Assembly (NCBI GenBank): GCA_041690355.1
Contig: JAWLHK010000005.1
Coordinates: forward strand, 1 to 64,000
DNA: 64,000 nt
Direction: 5' to 3'
From: a bacterium
GTDB lineage: Bacteria > J088 > JAWLBW01
Position 1 is the first letter of the stretch, and each line of letters starts with the position of its first letter. The position numbers and the translations under genes are program-made. The notes beneath the pieces were generated by a model. That model did not search any database. It saw only the letters and a list, made by a program, of their open reading frames with translations, and was not told the DNA's origin. Shown here one piece after another: positions 1 through 9,793 of this stretch.

Positions 1-62
1 CCCCCGCCCAGCAGGCCGAGGGCCACGCCAATCAACAGTGATAATGCAACAGCAAAAATCAT
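1..62 (-). CDS. Sulfite exporter TauE/SafE family protein (5' end only, runs off window)
   Basis: Manual translation from ATG at 62 gives MIFAVALSLLIGVALGLLGGG, the typical TauE N-terminus (GLLGGG); lies downstream of the persulfide dioxygenase. Confidence 0.75.
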   Translation of the reverse strand, partial: MIFAVALSLLIGVALGLLGG

Positions 63-168
63 GGCATTCCTAAAATACTGAAACCTTCATGAAAACAGGA
101 GAACGTGAACGCTCGACCGGCGGGGGGCTTCAACGCCCCCCGCCGCCGAACGCACGAGGTAAGACGGA

Positions 169-1242
169 TCAGGCCGCGGTGCGCGCGACCGGGCGGCTTT
201 CCTGGTTCCACAGGAGCATCCCGCCGGCCATCGAAGCGATGCGCTGGAAGCCCATGTGTTCGAGGAGCTGGGCAGCCTTGCCCGAGCGTCCGCCCGAGCG
301 GCAGATGACCACGAGGGGTTCATGCCGGTCCCAGCCGTGCGCGGCATGCTGCAGCGTATCGAGGGGCACCAGTTCGGCCCCTTCGACGTGGCCCAGCTCG
401 CTCACGTACTCGTGCGGCTCGCGCACGTCGATCATGCGGAACTCACCCGGATGGCTCGCGACGAACTCCGGCATGACTTCGGGAATTCCCGTCGCCGTGC
501 GGGCGATCGGCGCCCAGGCCTTTTCAGGCTTCGGCTCGCCGGTGACCGTCTCGGCCACGCCGCACTTCAGGTTGGCCGGCAGGGCCTCGTCGATCTTCTT
601 CGGGTAAGCGAGCTTGAGCTCGTTCATGATCTTCACGAAATCGTCTTCGGTCTTTTCGCCGCCGACGCGCGGGTTGAACGACTTCTCTTCCCAGACCGTC
701 GACGACATGCGGCCCTTGTAATCATGGCCGGGGTAGATGACGGTGTCGTCGGGAAGCGTGAAGATCTTGTCCTTGATCGAATTGTAGAGCTTGCGCGAAT
801 CCCCCTGCTGGAAGTCCGTGCGGCCCGTACCGCGGATGAGCAGCGCGTCGCCGGTGAAAACCATCTTCTGGTCGTTGGTCACGTAGGTGACGCAGCCGTT
901 GGTGTGGCCCGGCGTCGAGCGAACCTCGAGCGCGTACTTGCCGAAGCGGATCGTATCGCCGTCACCCGCGAGCACGTCGGCACAGGCGGCCCCGCCATCC
1001 TTCGAAAGAACGGTCTTGCAGCCCAGGCGGGTGCGCAGCACGCCGGCGCCAGTCACGTGATCGGCGTGGACGTGGGTGTCCAGGCTGTAGAGCAGCTTGA
1101 AGCCGAGCTCTTCGATGAGGCCGGCGTCGCGTTCCACCTGATCGCGAACCGGGTCGATGATGACGGCTTCCTTCGATTCGGTGTCGGCTAGAATGTACGT
1201 GTACGTAGATGTTTCATTGTCGAACAGCTGGCGGAAGAACAT
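169..1242 (-). CDS. Persulfide dioxygenase (ETHE1-like MBL fold) fused to a C-terminal rhodanese domain
   Basis: FRQLFD..STYTY start, HVHADHVTG metal motif, GRTDFQQG, PGHDY; rhodanese DVRE..E and CRSGGRS active loop. Confidence 0.92.
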   Translation of the reverse strand: MFFRQLFDNETSTYTYILADTESKEAVIIDPVRDQVERDAGLIEELGFKLLYSLDTHVHADHVTGAGVLRTRLGCKTVLSKDGGAACADVLAGDGDTIRFGKYALEVRSTPGHTNGCVTYVTNDQKMVFTGDALLIRGTGRTDFQQGDSRKLYNSIKDKIFTLPDDTVIYPGHDYKGRMSSTVWEEKSFNPRVGGEKTEDDFVKIMNELKLAYPKKIDEALPANLKCGVAETVTGEPKPEKAWAPIARTATGIPEVMPEFVASHPGEFRMIDVREPHEYVSELGHVEGAELVPLDTLQHAAHGWDRHEPLVVICRSGGRSGKAAQLLEHMGFQRIASMAGGMLLWNQESRPVARTAA

Positions 1243-1312
1243 GGTGTACCTCGTTTATGTGTCTTGCATTTCTCGGGGGGAGGTTTTCTCGTCCCCGTTG
1301 CAGGACCTAAGC

Positions 1313-1329
1313 AGCGGGAAGCGTGCCAA
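1313..1329 (-). promoter_or_regulatory. Sigma-54 -24/-12 promoter for the dioxygenase-rhodanese operon
   Basis: Minus strand TTGGCACGCTTCCCGCT has GG-N10-GC spacing; ~70 nt upstream of the start; a sigma-54 activator gene is divergent. Confidence 0.75.
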
Positions 1330-1368
1330 CTTTTCTCGCCCGGAGGAACAAGGCCGCACGCGTCTGTC

Positions 1369-1426
1369 TATTTCATTTTGAAACGAACCCTGATACATTA
1401 TATTTCAACACTGAAACAGATGAAAC
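1369..1426. promoter_or_regulatory. Candidate upstream activator sites (TTTCA-N-TGAAAC inverted motifs)
   Basis: AT-rich TATTTCATTTTGAAAC (1369-1384), TATTTCAACACTGAAAC (1401-1417) and TGAAAC (1421-1426) between the divergent genes. Confidence 0.5.
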
Positions 1427-1429
1427 AGC

Positions 1430-2803
<1,374 letters not shown>

Positions 2804-2832
2804 AATGCCTAATGCCCGATGCCCGATGCCCA
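2804..2832 (+). repeat. Heptamer tandem array (ATGCCYR)
   Basis: aatgcctaatgcccgatgcccgatgcccaa directly after the stop codon. Confidence 0.7.
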
Positions 2833-2936
2833 ACGGCGTCATCCCGGAGCGCCTCGAATCACCCTCGTTCCATCCCCCTCTCCTGCCGACGGTGCGGGGC
2901 CGCCGGCGCCGACAGCGCCGACGGGGGTGAGGTCCC

Positions 2937-3905
2937 ATGTGGACATCCCTCATCCTCCTGCTGATCGGCGGCAGCGTCCTCTACCTGGGCGCCGAGTGGC
3001 TCGTGAAAGGGGCCGCGGGAATCGCGCGCGTACTGGGCGTGCGGCCGCTGGTCATCGGCATGACCGTCGTCGCATTCGGCACGTCGGCGCCCGAACTCGT
3101 GATCGCCACGCTCTCGGCGTGGCGCGGCCACGGTGACATCGCGCTCGGCAACGTCATCGGCGCCAATGCGGCGAACCTCGGCTTCATTCTCGGGATGACC
3201 GGCCTGCTGGCGCCGCCACGCATCGACGCGCGGCTGTTGCGCCGTGAAGTTCCGGCCGTCCTCCTTGCGACGCTCGCCCTTCCGCTCTTTCTCGCCGACG
3301 GCATCCTTACGCGCACCGAGGCGGGGCTGTACTTTGCGGGCGCCGCGCTCTTTACAATCGCGCTGCTGCGCTCGCGCCTCAGCCGTTCCATGGAAACCGC
3401 CCAGAGCGCCGAGTCGGCGGCCGAAGCCGCGGGCGCACCGCGGGGGCGCGGGCTCGCGCGCCTCTCGGGCATCACGATCGCGGGCATGCTTCTGCTGGCG
3501 CTCGGCGGCGAAGCCGTGCTGCGAGGGGCCCTGGCCCTGGCGGCGCAGCTCGATGTCTCCGAACGGATCATCGGGCTGACCGTGGTGAGTGTAGGGACGA
3601 CCCTGCCCGAATTCGCAGCCTCACTCGTGGCCGCCCTGCGCCGGCAAGGCGGCATCGCGGTGGGCAACGTTCTCGGATCGAATCTGTTCAACCTGACGCT
3701 CATTCTCGGCGTGGCCGGACTGGTGCGTCCGATTTCGGGTATTCTCGGGGAGTACGCGGTTCCCCTGGCCTCACTTGTGGGGATCACCCTGCTCGCCGCC
3801 GTCGTGCTGCGCACCGAGCGGCAGATGACGCGCGTCGAGGGGGGCGTGCTGGTGGCCGCCTATGCGGGGTTTCTGGTGCTGATAGCGACGAGCGGCCACG
3901 CCTGA
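2937..3905 (+). CDS. Calcium/sodium antiporter (CaCA, YrbG-like)
   Basis: Two alpha repeats GTSAPEL...GNVIGAN and GTTLPEF...GNVLGSN; about 10 TM helices. Confidence 0.92.
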   Translation: MWTSLILLLIGGSVLYLGAEWLVKGAAGIARVLGVRPLVIGMTVVAFGTSAPELVIATLSAWRGHGDIALGNVIGANAANLGFILGMTGLLAPPRIDARLLRREVPAVLLATLALPLFLADGILTRTEAGLYFAGAALFTIALLRSRLSRSMETAQSAESAAEAAGAPRGRGLARLSGITIAGMLLLALGGEAVLRGALALAAQLDVSERIIGLTVVSVGTTLPEFAASLVAALRRQGGIAVGNVLGSNLFNLTLILGVAGLVRPISGILGEYAVPLASLVGITLLAAVVLRTERQMTRVEGGVLVAAYAGFLVLIATSGHA

Positions 3906-3928
3906 TTCCTGATTCCGGATTCCTGAGC
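3901..3928 (+). repeat. Heptamer array CCTGATT (28 nt identical to 61882-61909)
   Basis: cctgattcctgattccggattcctgagc. Confidence 0.8.
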
Positions 3929-3958
3929 ATTCTTGTCCAAATGGGTTGCGGCGCGTAA

Positions 3959-4158
3959 CCGTTCGGCCTGAGGAGCCGGGCCTTGGGAACCGGAATGCAA
4001 TTCTGGCGGCATGGTCTCGCAAGGGTGACGTCGCCGGCGTCTCGAAGGCCCAGCGTCGCGTGAATACCGTGTTCGAGGCGAAAAAACGCGCAATTGACTC
4101 ATGCCACGAGTAAGGTCGCGCAGACACTCTGGCCCCTCGACGAGCTCGGGGCGAACGG
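3959..4158. repeat. Inverted pair of REP-like palindromic elements (CCGTTCG... family)
   Basis: CCGTTCGGCCTGAGGAG...GGCGTCTCGAAGGCC on +, CCGTTCGCCCCGAGCTCGTCGAGGGG on -. Confidence 0.55.
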
Positions 4159-4261
4159 ATTGCCGGCAGTCGACGCATGTCCCATCTGGACTGACGACTG
4201 AAGACTGTGGTCGCGCCTGTCAGTGCACGGCTGGAAATGGCGGACGGACCGAAAGCCCGCC

Positions 4262-5254
4262 TCACTTCACCGTCACGACCGCGCCCCACTCCCCGTCCGG
4301 GCTCGTACCCTCGCGGAACTGCAGCCCGGCCTGCTCGTCGCCGGCAAGCTTCCACTCCAGCCAGGCGAGGACGTAAGCGTTCGTCATCGCTTTCACCTGG
4401 GCGTGCGGCAGCGTCCCGTCACGCAGGAAGTCGGTGAAATCCAGGTGCCCTGCCCCGTCGAATTCCACGAGCACCGATTCGGGCTCCGGGGCCTGTCCGT
4501 AGAAGTTCCGCAGATACGGCTCGAGGGGAAGATAGCGATCCTTCGTCGCGCCGAGGAGCAGGGTCGGCACCGCCAGAGTTGCGGCCCCTGCGCCGGTTTC
4601 CCCGAAAATCGGATGATTGAACGGCGTCAACCCGATGCAAGTGTCCACGCGGGCGTCGCGAAACGAACCCCACTCCGCCTGTGCCTCCCCCAGGTTGCAG
4701 TAGAGTGCGCTTCCGCCCGCGCACTGCTCGTCGACAGACGCTTCGTTCACCATGGCGCCGCAGACCGCGAGCGCGTCGAAGCCGCCGATGGAGTGGCCGA
4801 CCGCGGCCACCCCGGCCTCCACGGCGGCCTTCCACTTCGGGTCGGCGGCGGCCTGATCGAGGGCGAACTGCAGGTCGCGCACGCGGTGCACGTAGACGTC
4901 GCTTGCCGCCGGCGTCCCCAGGGTATCGCCGTAGTGATTGGGACCGAACACGAGAAAGCCGTGCCCGGCCAGGTGCTTGCCGAGAAACTGGTGGAACTCG
5001 CCGGCGCTCATGCTGCCATGCGAGAGCACGACGAGGCCGCGCAGCGCGACGTCGTCACCGGGTTCCCACACGGCGGTGGTCACCGGCCGCCCGCCCCGAT
5101 CGGCATCAACCCAGTCGCGCTTCGCGAAGACGTAGCCGTGCGGGCCTTTTTCGGCATAGTCTTCGATGGGGCGCGGCGCGAGCGGTTGCGGCGCCTCGTC
5201 CGCCGCCGAGCAGGCGACGGCGAGGAGAATCAGACACCAGAACAGCCGTCGCAT
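4262..5254 (-). CDS. Lipoprotein alpha/beta hydrolase (dienelactone hydrolase/PAF-AH-like)
   Basis: Start ATG 5254 with GGAGG SD; lipobox LAVAC; SHG, GHSIGG nucleophile, GAGHLDF. Confidence 0.85.
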   Translation of the reverse strand: MRRLFWCLILLAVACSAADEAPQPLAPRPIEDYAEKGPHGYVFAKRDWVDADRGGRPVTTAVWEPGDDVALRGLVVLSHGSMSAGEFHQFLGKHLAGHGFLVFGPNHYGDTLGTPAASDVYVHRVRDLQFALDQAAADPKWKAAVEAGVAAVGHSIGGFDALAVCGAMVNEASVDEQCAGGSALYCNLGEAQAEWGSFRDARVDTCIGLTPFNHPIFGETGAGAATLAVPTLLLGATKDRYLPLEPYLRNFYGQAPEPESVLVEFDGAGHLDFTDFLRDGTLPHAQVKAMTNAYVLAWLEWKLAGDEQAGLQFREGTSPDGEWGAVVTVK

Positions 5255-5270
5255 CGTCGCCTCCACAGGG

Positions 5271-7034
5271 TCAGAACATTCCGGTCACGTCGGGGAATCC
5301 GATCAGCAGATTGAGTACCTTGTTGAACGAGTACTGGCTTGCGGGGATCGCCTCGTCGCGCGGCACCGGGGCATTCCCGGGATCCTTCCCCGCATACGGC
5401 GCATCGTTGGCACAGCGGTCCTCTTCGTCGAGTGCCGCCAGATCGATGTACAGCATGCCGTTGAAGGTCGGGTCCTGCATCCACGCGTAGGTGTAGCGGC
5501 CGCTCGACGGCGCCACGCAGTCATCGGGAAGCCCCGGCACTTCGGCCGAACCGAGAACCGAAGCCGATTCGGCGCTCATCGTGAAGTACGTGGCCGCCGT
5601 GCCGTAGACCGACGGGCGGAAGTGCTCGCCGGGTCCGCACACGTAGCAGAACTCCTCGACGGGTCCCGTCCCCTCGGTCATGTAGTGCGCCGTATCCAGA
5701 GTGTTCAGCTCCACTTCAACGAGGAAGGCGTGATAGCCGTCGCCAAAGTAGTCCGCATCGTTGCCCGGCGGATTGTAGTCGCCGCGGGCAGGAAGGAACC
5801 TGCGAAGCGGAACGGCGTCCGAAAGATCCGTCGGAAAAAGACGCGACAGATCCACGGCGACGACGCCGGGAACCAGCGGAAGTCCGCCCACCAGCGTGTT
5901 CACTTCGGCGATGTTGAAGAGGCCCCCCTTCCCCTCCAGATTCTCGGCGACGCGATCGAGAAGCGCGTCGACCCGCGAGAGGAAGTCTTCGTTCAAAACT
6001 GCAAACACGATCGATTCCGCCGGTGGGCCGAAGCTCGTCCCCACGCCGATCGGGTAATTCCGGATCTCGAAGTCGCCGAAGGTAATCGTCGGATGTGCGT
6101 CGATGATACCGATCCACAGTTCGTCGCCGGGCCCGACCTTTCCGTCCAGATTCGCATCGACGTAGCCGAGCGCGCGGCGACGGGCTTCGGGTCCGTTCGC
6201 CTGGCGGAACAGGGTGTGCAGGCCGTCCTGCAGTGCCGCGAGCCCTTCGAGAAGCTTGCCGCGCGCCGTGGGAATGCGCTGCATGCGGTCGGGGTGCAGG
6301 GCCAGGAAAGTGGGCGAGTGTCCCAGCGCATCCGCAAGGCCGCGCAGCAGGAGGTCTTCGTCGTCGCGAGCCAGGGCTTCATCGACCAGGTCGAGGGCGC
6401 GAACGTAGTCGATGCGCAGATCATACCCGGAGATCCAGTTGATGCCGCCGTGAAGAATGTGCAGCACGCCGAGCAGCAGGCGCGCTTCGGCCTGCCCGAA
6501 CACGGTTCCCACGGTCACATGCGTGCGTCCCGCGGTTTCGAGCGGAATGCCGTTCGGAACCGTGAATTCGCATCCCCCCGCGATGACGTGCGCCAGAGCC
6601 GTCTCCATCGGCCCGATCATCCCGGAGACGGCCGGAAGGAGGAAGCTGGAAATGTAGCCGTCGATCTCCTCGGTGTACTGCGTGTCGGGCGTCGCCGACA
6701 GCGGCATGGGGACGCCGTTGCTGAGATCGTTGCCGTTGTCGTCGCCGTCCCAGTCACCGGCGTCCATGAGCCCGCCGACGAGTTCGAAGGCGATGGCGAG
6801 CGTGTAGCCGTAGTTGGCGGAACAGGACGCGGGCGCAAGTCCGGTCTCCGCGGCGACGACTTCGTGGAAGGTCGCGCGCGCCGAGCGGAACTTGCCGGCT
6901 TCGAGCAGGCGGGTGCCTTCTTCAATCTTCAGATCGACGACCGTGCGGGCAGGCGTCTCTTCGACGGTGCAGGCGGCCGTGCTCAACGAGAGAGCCAGAC
7001 CGGCCACAGCAGGGATCAGCGTGCGGAAGTTCAC
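5271..7034 (-). CDS. Uncharacterised ~587-aa lipoprotein (paralogue of 43906-45522)
   Basis: GTG start overlapping the upstream TGA (GTGA); lipobox STAAC; DxDxDG-like motifs; blocks shared with 43906-45522. Confidence 0.8.
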   Translation of the reverse strand: MNFRTLIPAVAGLALSLSTAACTVEETPARTVVDLKIEEGTRLLEAGKFRSARATFHEVVAAETGLAPASCSANYGYTLAIAFELVGGLMDAGDWDGDDNGNDLSNGVPMPLSATPDTQYTEEIDGYISSFLLPAVSGMIGPMETALAHVIAGGCEFTVPNGIPLETAGRTHVTVGTVFGQAEARLLLGVLHILHGGINWISGYDLRIDYVRALDLVDEALARDDEDLLLRGLADALGHSPTFLALHPDRMQRIPTARGKLLEGLAALQDGLHTLFRQANGPEARRRALGYVDANLDGKVGPGDELWIGIIDAHPTITFGDFEIRNYPIGVGTSFGPPAESIVFAVLNEDFLSRVDALLDRVAENLEGKGGLFNIAEVNTLVGGLPLVPGVVAVDLSRLFPTDLSDAVPLRRFLPARGDYNPPGNDADYFGDGYHAFLVEVELNTLDTAHYMTEGTGPVEEFCYVCGPGEHFRPSVYGTAATYFTMSAESASVLGSAEVPGLPDDCVAPSSGRYTYAWMQDPTFNGMLYIDLAALDEEDRCANDAPYAGKDPGNAPVPRDEAIPASQYSFNKVLNLLIGFPDVTGMF

Positions 7035-8002
7035 TGCGCACCTCCCAGGATTTCGTCGAGAAAGATTTCGGTCTCTTCGAGCGTGAGCCGCATCTGTTCG
7101 CTGTTGAAGAACGCGTCGTAGCCGTGGGTGCCGCCGGGGATCAGGGCCACGCGGTTGTAGACGCCGAACCCATCCATCTTCTTGCCCATGTCGACCGACT
7201 GCTGCCAGGGGACGAGCGGATCGGCGGTGCCCTGAATGAAGAGCATGGGGGCCGTCTTTTCGTTCACGTGGCTGATGGGCGAGAAGTAGTAGAGTTCCGC
7301 ATCGGTGGGATGGGGGATGCCGGTGGCCTTCGCGAACATGCTCTCGAGTTCGATGCGCTGCTCCTGGATGGCGACGAAGTCCATGACGCCGTAGACGGGG
7401 ATGGCCGCGAAGATCGTGACGTCCTCCTGCGGATGAGTGGAACAGGTGGGATCCCACTCGGTCTCGTACTGCGTCGTCGCGAGCATGGCCGTCAGGTGGC
7501 CGCCTGCGGAACCGCCGGAGACGAAGAGGCGGTCGGGGTTCAGGTTCCAGTGCGCGGCTTCGCCCTTCAGGTAGCGGATGGCGCACTTGGTGTCCTGCAC
7601 CTGGCCGAGGATCGGATTTTCAGGCGCCAGCTCGTAATCGATGTCGAAGAAGGCGATGCCGCGGCAGGCGAAGTATTCGCCCCAAAGGCGCGCATTGCGC
7701 AGGTTCTTGTGGCCGCCTGTCCAGCCGCCGCCGTGGATGTTCAGGACCACCGGCGTGGGGCCGTCGCTTTCGTACGGCAGCCAGAAGTCGCCGGTCATCT
7801 GCTTGTCGGGATCGTAGGTGATGTCGGTGACCTGCCTGAAGTAGCGGCGCGGTTCGAGTACGGTCTGCTCGTCGCGCACGTCGACGCACAGCTGCGCGCC
7901 TTCGGGCACGGTGTCGATCGTCACCTCGGGCGCCGGCTCGGGTTCGGCGCAGGCGACGGCCAGCGGAACCAGCAGGAGCGGAAGCAATCTGCGAAAGGGC
8001 AT
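7031..8002 (-). CDS. Lipoprotein alpha/beta hydrolase (HSL-family esterase/lipase)
   Basis: Start MPFRRLL, lipobox AVAC; HGGGW, GGSAGG, GTADPLV, THG. Confidence 0.9.
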   Translation of the reverse strand: MPFRRLLPLLLVPLAVACAEPEPAPEVTIDTVPEGAQLCVDVRDEQTVLEPRRYFRQVTDITYDPDKQMTGDFWLPYESDGPTPVVLNIHGGGWTGGHKNLRNARLWGEYFACRGIAFFDIDYELAPENPILGQVQDTKCAIRYLKGEAAHWNLNPDRLFVSGGSAGGHLTAMLATTQYETEWDPTCSTHPQEDVTIFAAIPVYGVMDFVAIQEQRIELESMFAKATGIPHPTDAELYYFSPISHVNEKTAPMLFIQGTADPLVPWQQSVDMGKKMDGFGVYNRVALIPGGTHGYDAFFNSEQMRLTLEETEIFLDEILGGAQ

Positions 8003-8524
8003 GGATCTCCTCGGGAGCGGAGGGGTGCGCCAATTAAACGCACGTTCAGCAGAGGATAATCTACCGCATCTGTGACGGCATGCCAAACCGGGGCGCTGCT
8101 CTTTGGGCGCTGGTCGCCGGACGCTGGTCGCTAGGCCCCTCGTCTCCCGTGGCTGCAATTGCTCAAAGCGTTCCCCGGGGGGATTGGGGTGGTGTCGCTG
8201 AAGTACATTTTCCACGCGGAGGCGCGGAGCCGCGGAGAGGACGACCGCACGAACCCTGCTCCTCTCGGTTTGCGGCTCGTCTCGATTTCCGGCTCTTGTT
8301 TCGTTCCCCCCAGTCTCCCCAGTCCCCCTCTCTCCCCAGTCCTCCACTCCCGTCCTGAGCTGACGGGCGCAGAGCAGACCGGGTATGCACGTGGTTGCTC
8401 CGTGCGCACCGTGCGCCCGTGCTCGCATTCACGCCGTCGAGCGGAGTTTATCCCGACGAAGGGAGGGGCTCCACTACGCTCCGTCGGCTCAATGCGGGAA
8501 GCCAGGTTTCCAACTTCCGGGTCC

Positions 8525-8790
8525 GGGGGGACGCCGCCGGTGCATTCTGTGTTCCGCATGGCGGCGGCGAGCATGCGTATGCTCTGACTTCCGGGCGCCA
8601 ATCCTGGCAGGCTGTGCACTCGTGCACCAGGATAGCCCCCTCGCTGCCGCTCGGGGGGACAGTACTCCCGGGAGCCGCAAGGCCTCCGGCGGCGAAGACC
8701 GCAGGTCGCGCGCCCTTGGACGAAGTCCAGTGTCCTTGCCTCACGCCCTTGCTTCGCCCCCCCTCTCCCACTCCCCCACTCTCCCACTCC
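8525..8790 (-). repeat. Dispersed ~270-bp structured element, copy A
   Basis: 30-nt core 8631-8660 identical to 47120-47149 and 55026-55055; flanking blocks in the same order. Confidence 0.85.
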
Positions 8791-8866
8791 GCCTCACGCC
8801 CCGCGACGGCCCGCAGGCACCAATTGCACAACCGCCGCCCCATCCTGTACCTTGACTTCCGCCACC

Positions 8867-9586
8867 ATGAAAACGCGCGCCATGATTCTCGCCGCCGGGT
8901 TCGGGACCCGGCTCCGTCCGCTGACCCTCGAAACCCCCAAACCGCTGGTGGAGGTCGGCGGCGAGCCGCTCATCGCGCGTACCATCCGCAACCTGCAGGC
9001 CGCGGGCATCACCGAGATCGTGATCAACCTGCATCACCTCGGGCACCGGATCCGCGAGGCGCTCGGCACCGGCGCGCAGTACGGAGTGGAACTCGTCTAC
9101 AGCGAAGAAGCGGAAATCCTCGGTTCCGGGGGCGGCATCAAGCTCGCCGAGCCGCACCTGCGCGGCGGGACCTTCCTCGTCGTGAACGGCGACGCCCTCA
9201 TGCAGCCCGACTATGCGGAACTGCTCGCCTTCCACCGGGCGCGGAATGCCCTGGCGACCATGGTCCTGCGCCCCGACGAGGACCCCGACAAGTGGGGGGC
9301 CATCGAAATCGACGCCGACCAGCGCATCCGCCAGTTCGTGAAGAAGCTGCCGCCGGTTGACGTGCCGCTGCGGCGGCTCATGTTCACCGGCGTGCACGTG
9401 CTCGAACCCGCTGTCTTCGACTACCTGCCGACGACCTTCTCGTCGATCAACGAGGTCTTTTACCCCCGCGCCATCACCGAGGGCAAGCCGATCTTCGGCT
9501 ACGTCTACGACGGCTACTGGTCAGACGTGGGCACCTGGGAAGCCCTCGAAACCGTCCGGCGCGATGCGGCCCTGGGCCTCTTCTGA
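8867..9586 (+). CDS. Sugar-phosphate nucleotidyltransferase (MurU/mannose-1-P guanylyltransferase-like)
   Basis: AMILAAGFGTRLRPLT...PKPL, NGD, WSDVGT. Confidence 0.9.
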   Translation: MKTRAMILAAGFGTRLRPLTLETPKPLVEVGGEPLIARTIRNLQAAGITEIVINLHHLGHRIREALGTGAQYGVELVYSEEAEILGSGGGIKLAEPHLRGGTFLVVNGDALMQPDYAELLAFHRARNALATMVLRPDEDPDKWGAIEIDADQRIRQFVKKLPPVDVPLRRLMFTGVHVLEPAVFDYLPTTFSSINEVFYPRAITEGKPIFGYVYDGYWSDVGTWEALETVRRDAALGLF

Positions 9587-9587
9587 A

Positions 9588-9735
9588 GTGACGAGTGACG
9601 AGTCAGGACAATTGACAATTTACGATTGACGATTGACGATTTCCAGCAAGTACCTTGAAGCCAAGGCCCTTGCTTGTTGGCGCTCAGCGCTTGGTGCTTG
9701 GCGCTTGTGACCGTCGACTGACGACTGATGACTGG
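9588..9735 (-). repeat. Composite heptamer cassette (GTGACGA, ATTGACG, GGCGCTT and GACTGAC arrays)
   Basis: Reverse complement matches the architecture of 13222-13408. Confidence 0.8.
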
Positions 9736-9793
9736 GGGTGGGTCCCGCCGCCCCCCCCTGCTACAATCAGGGTTCTCTGTCCGGAGGGTTACC

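Noticed and set aside
5166-7121. 651-aa + strand ORF
   Set aside because: Antisense shadow of the lipoprotein gene; no motifs; typical high-GC artefact
8131-8855. Several 90-220 aa ORFs, with similar peptides at 46.8-47.4 kb and 54.8-55.7 kb (PPSGSEGAI / IAPSLPLGG)
   Set aside because: The similarity comes from the DNA repeat; reading frames and lengths are not conserved between copies
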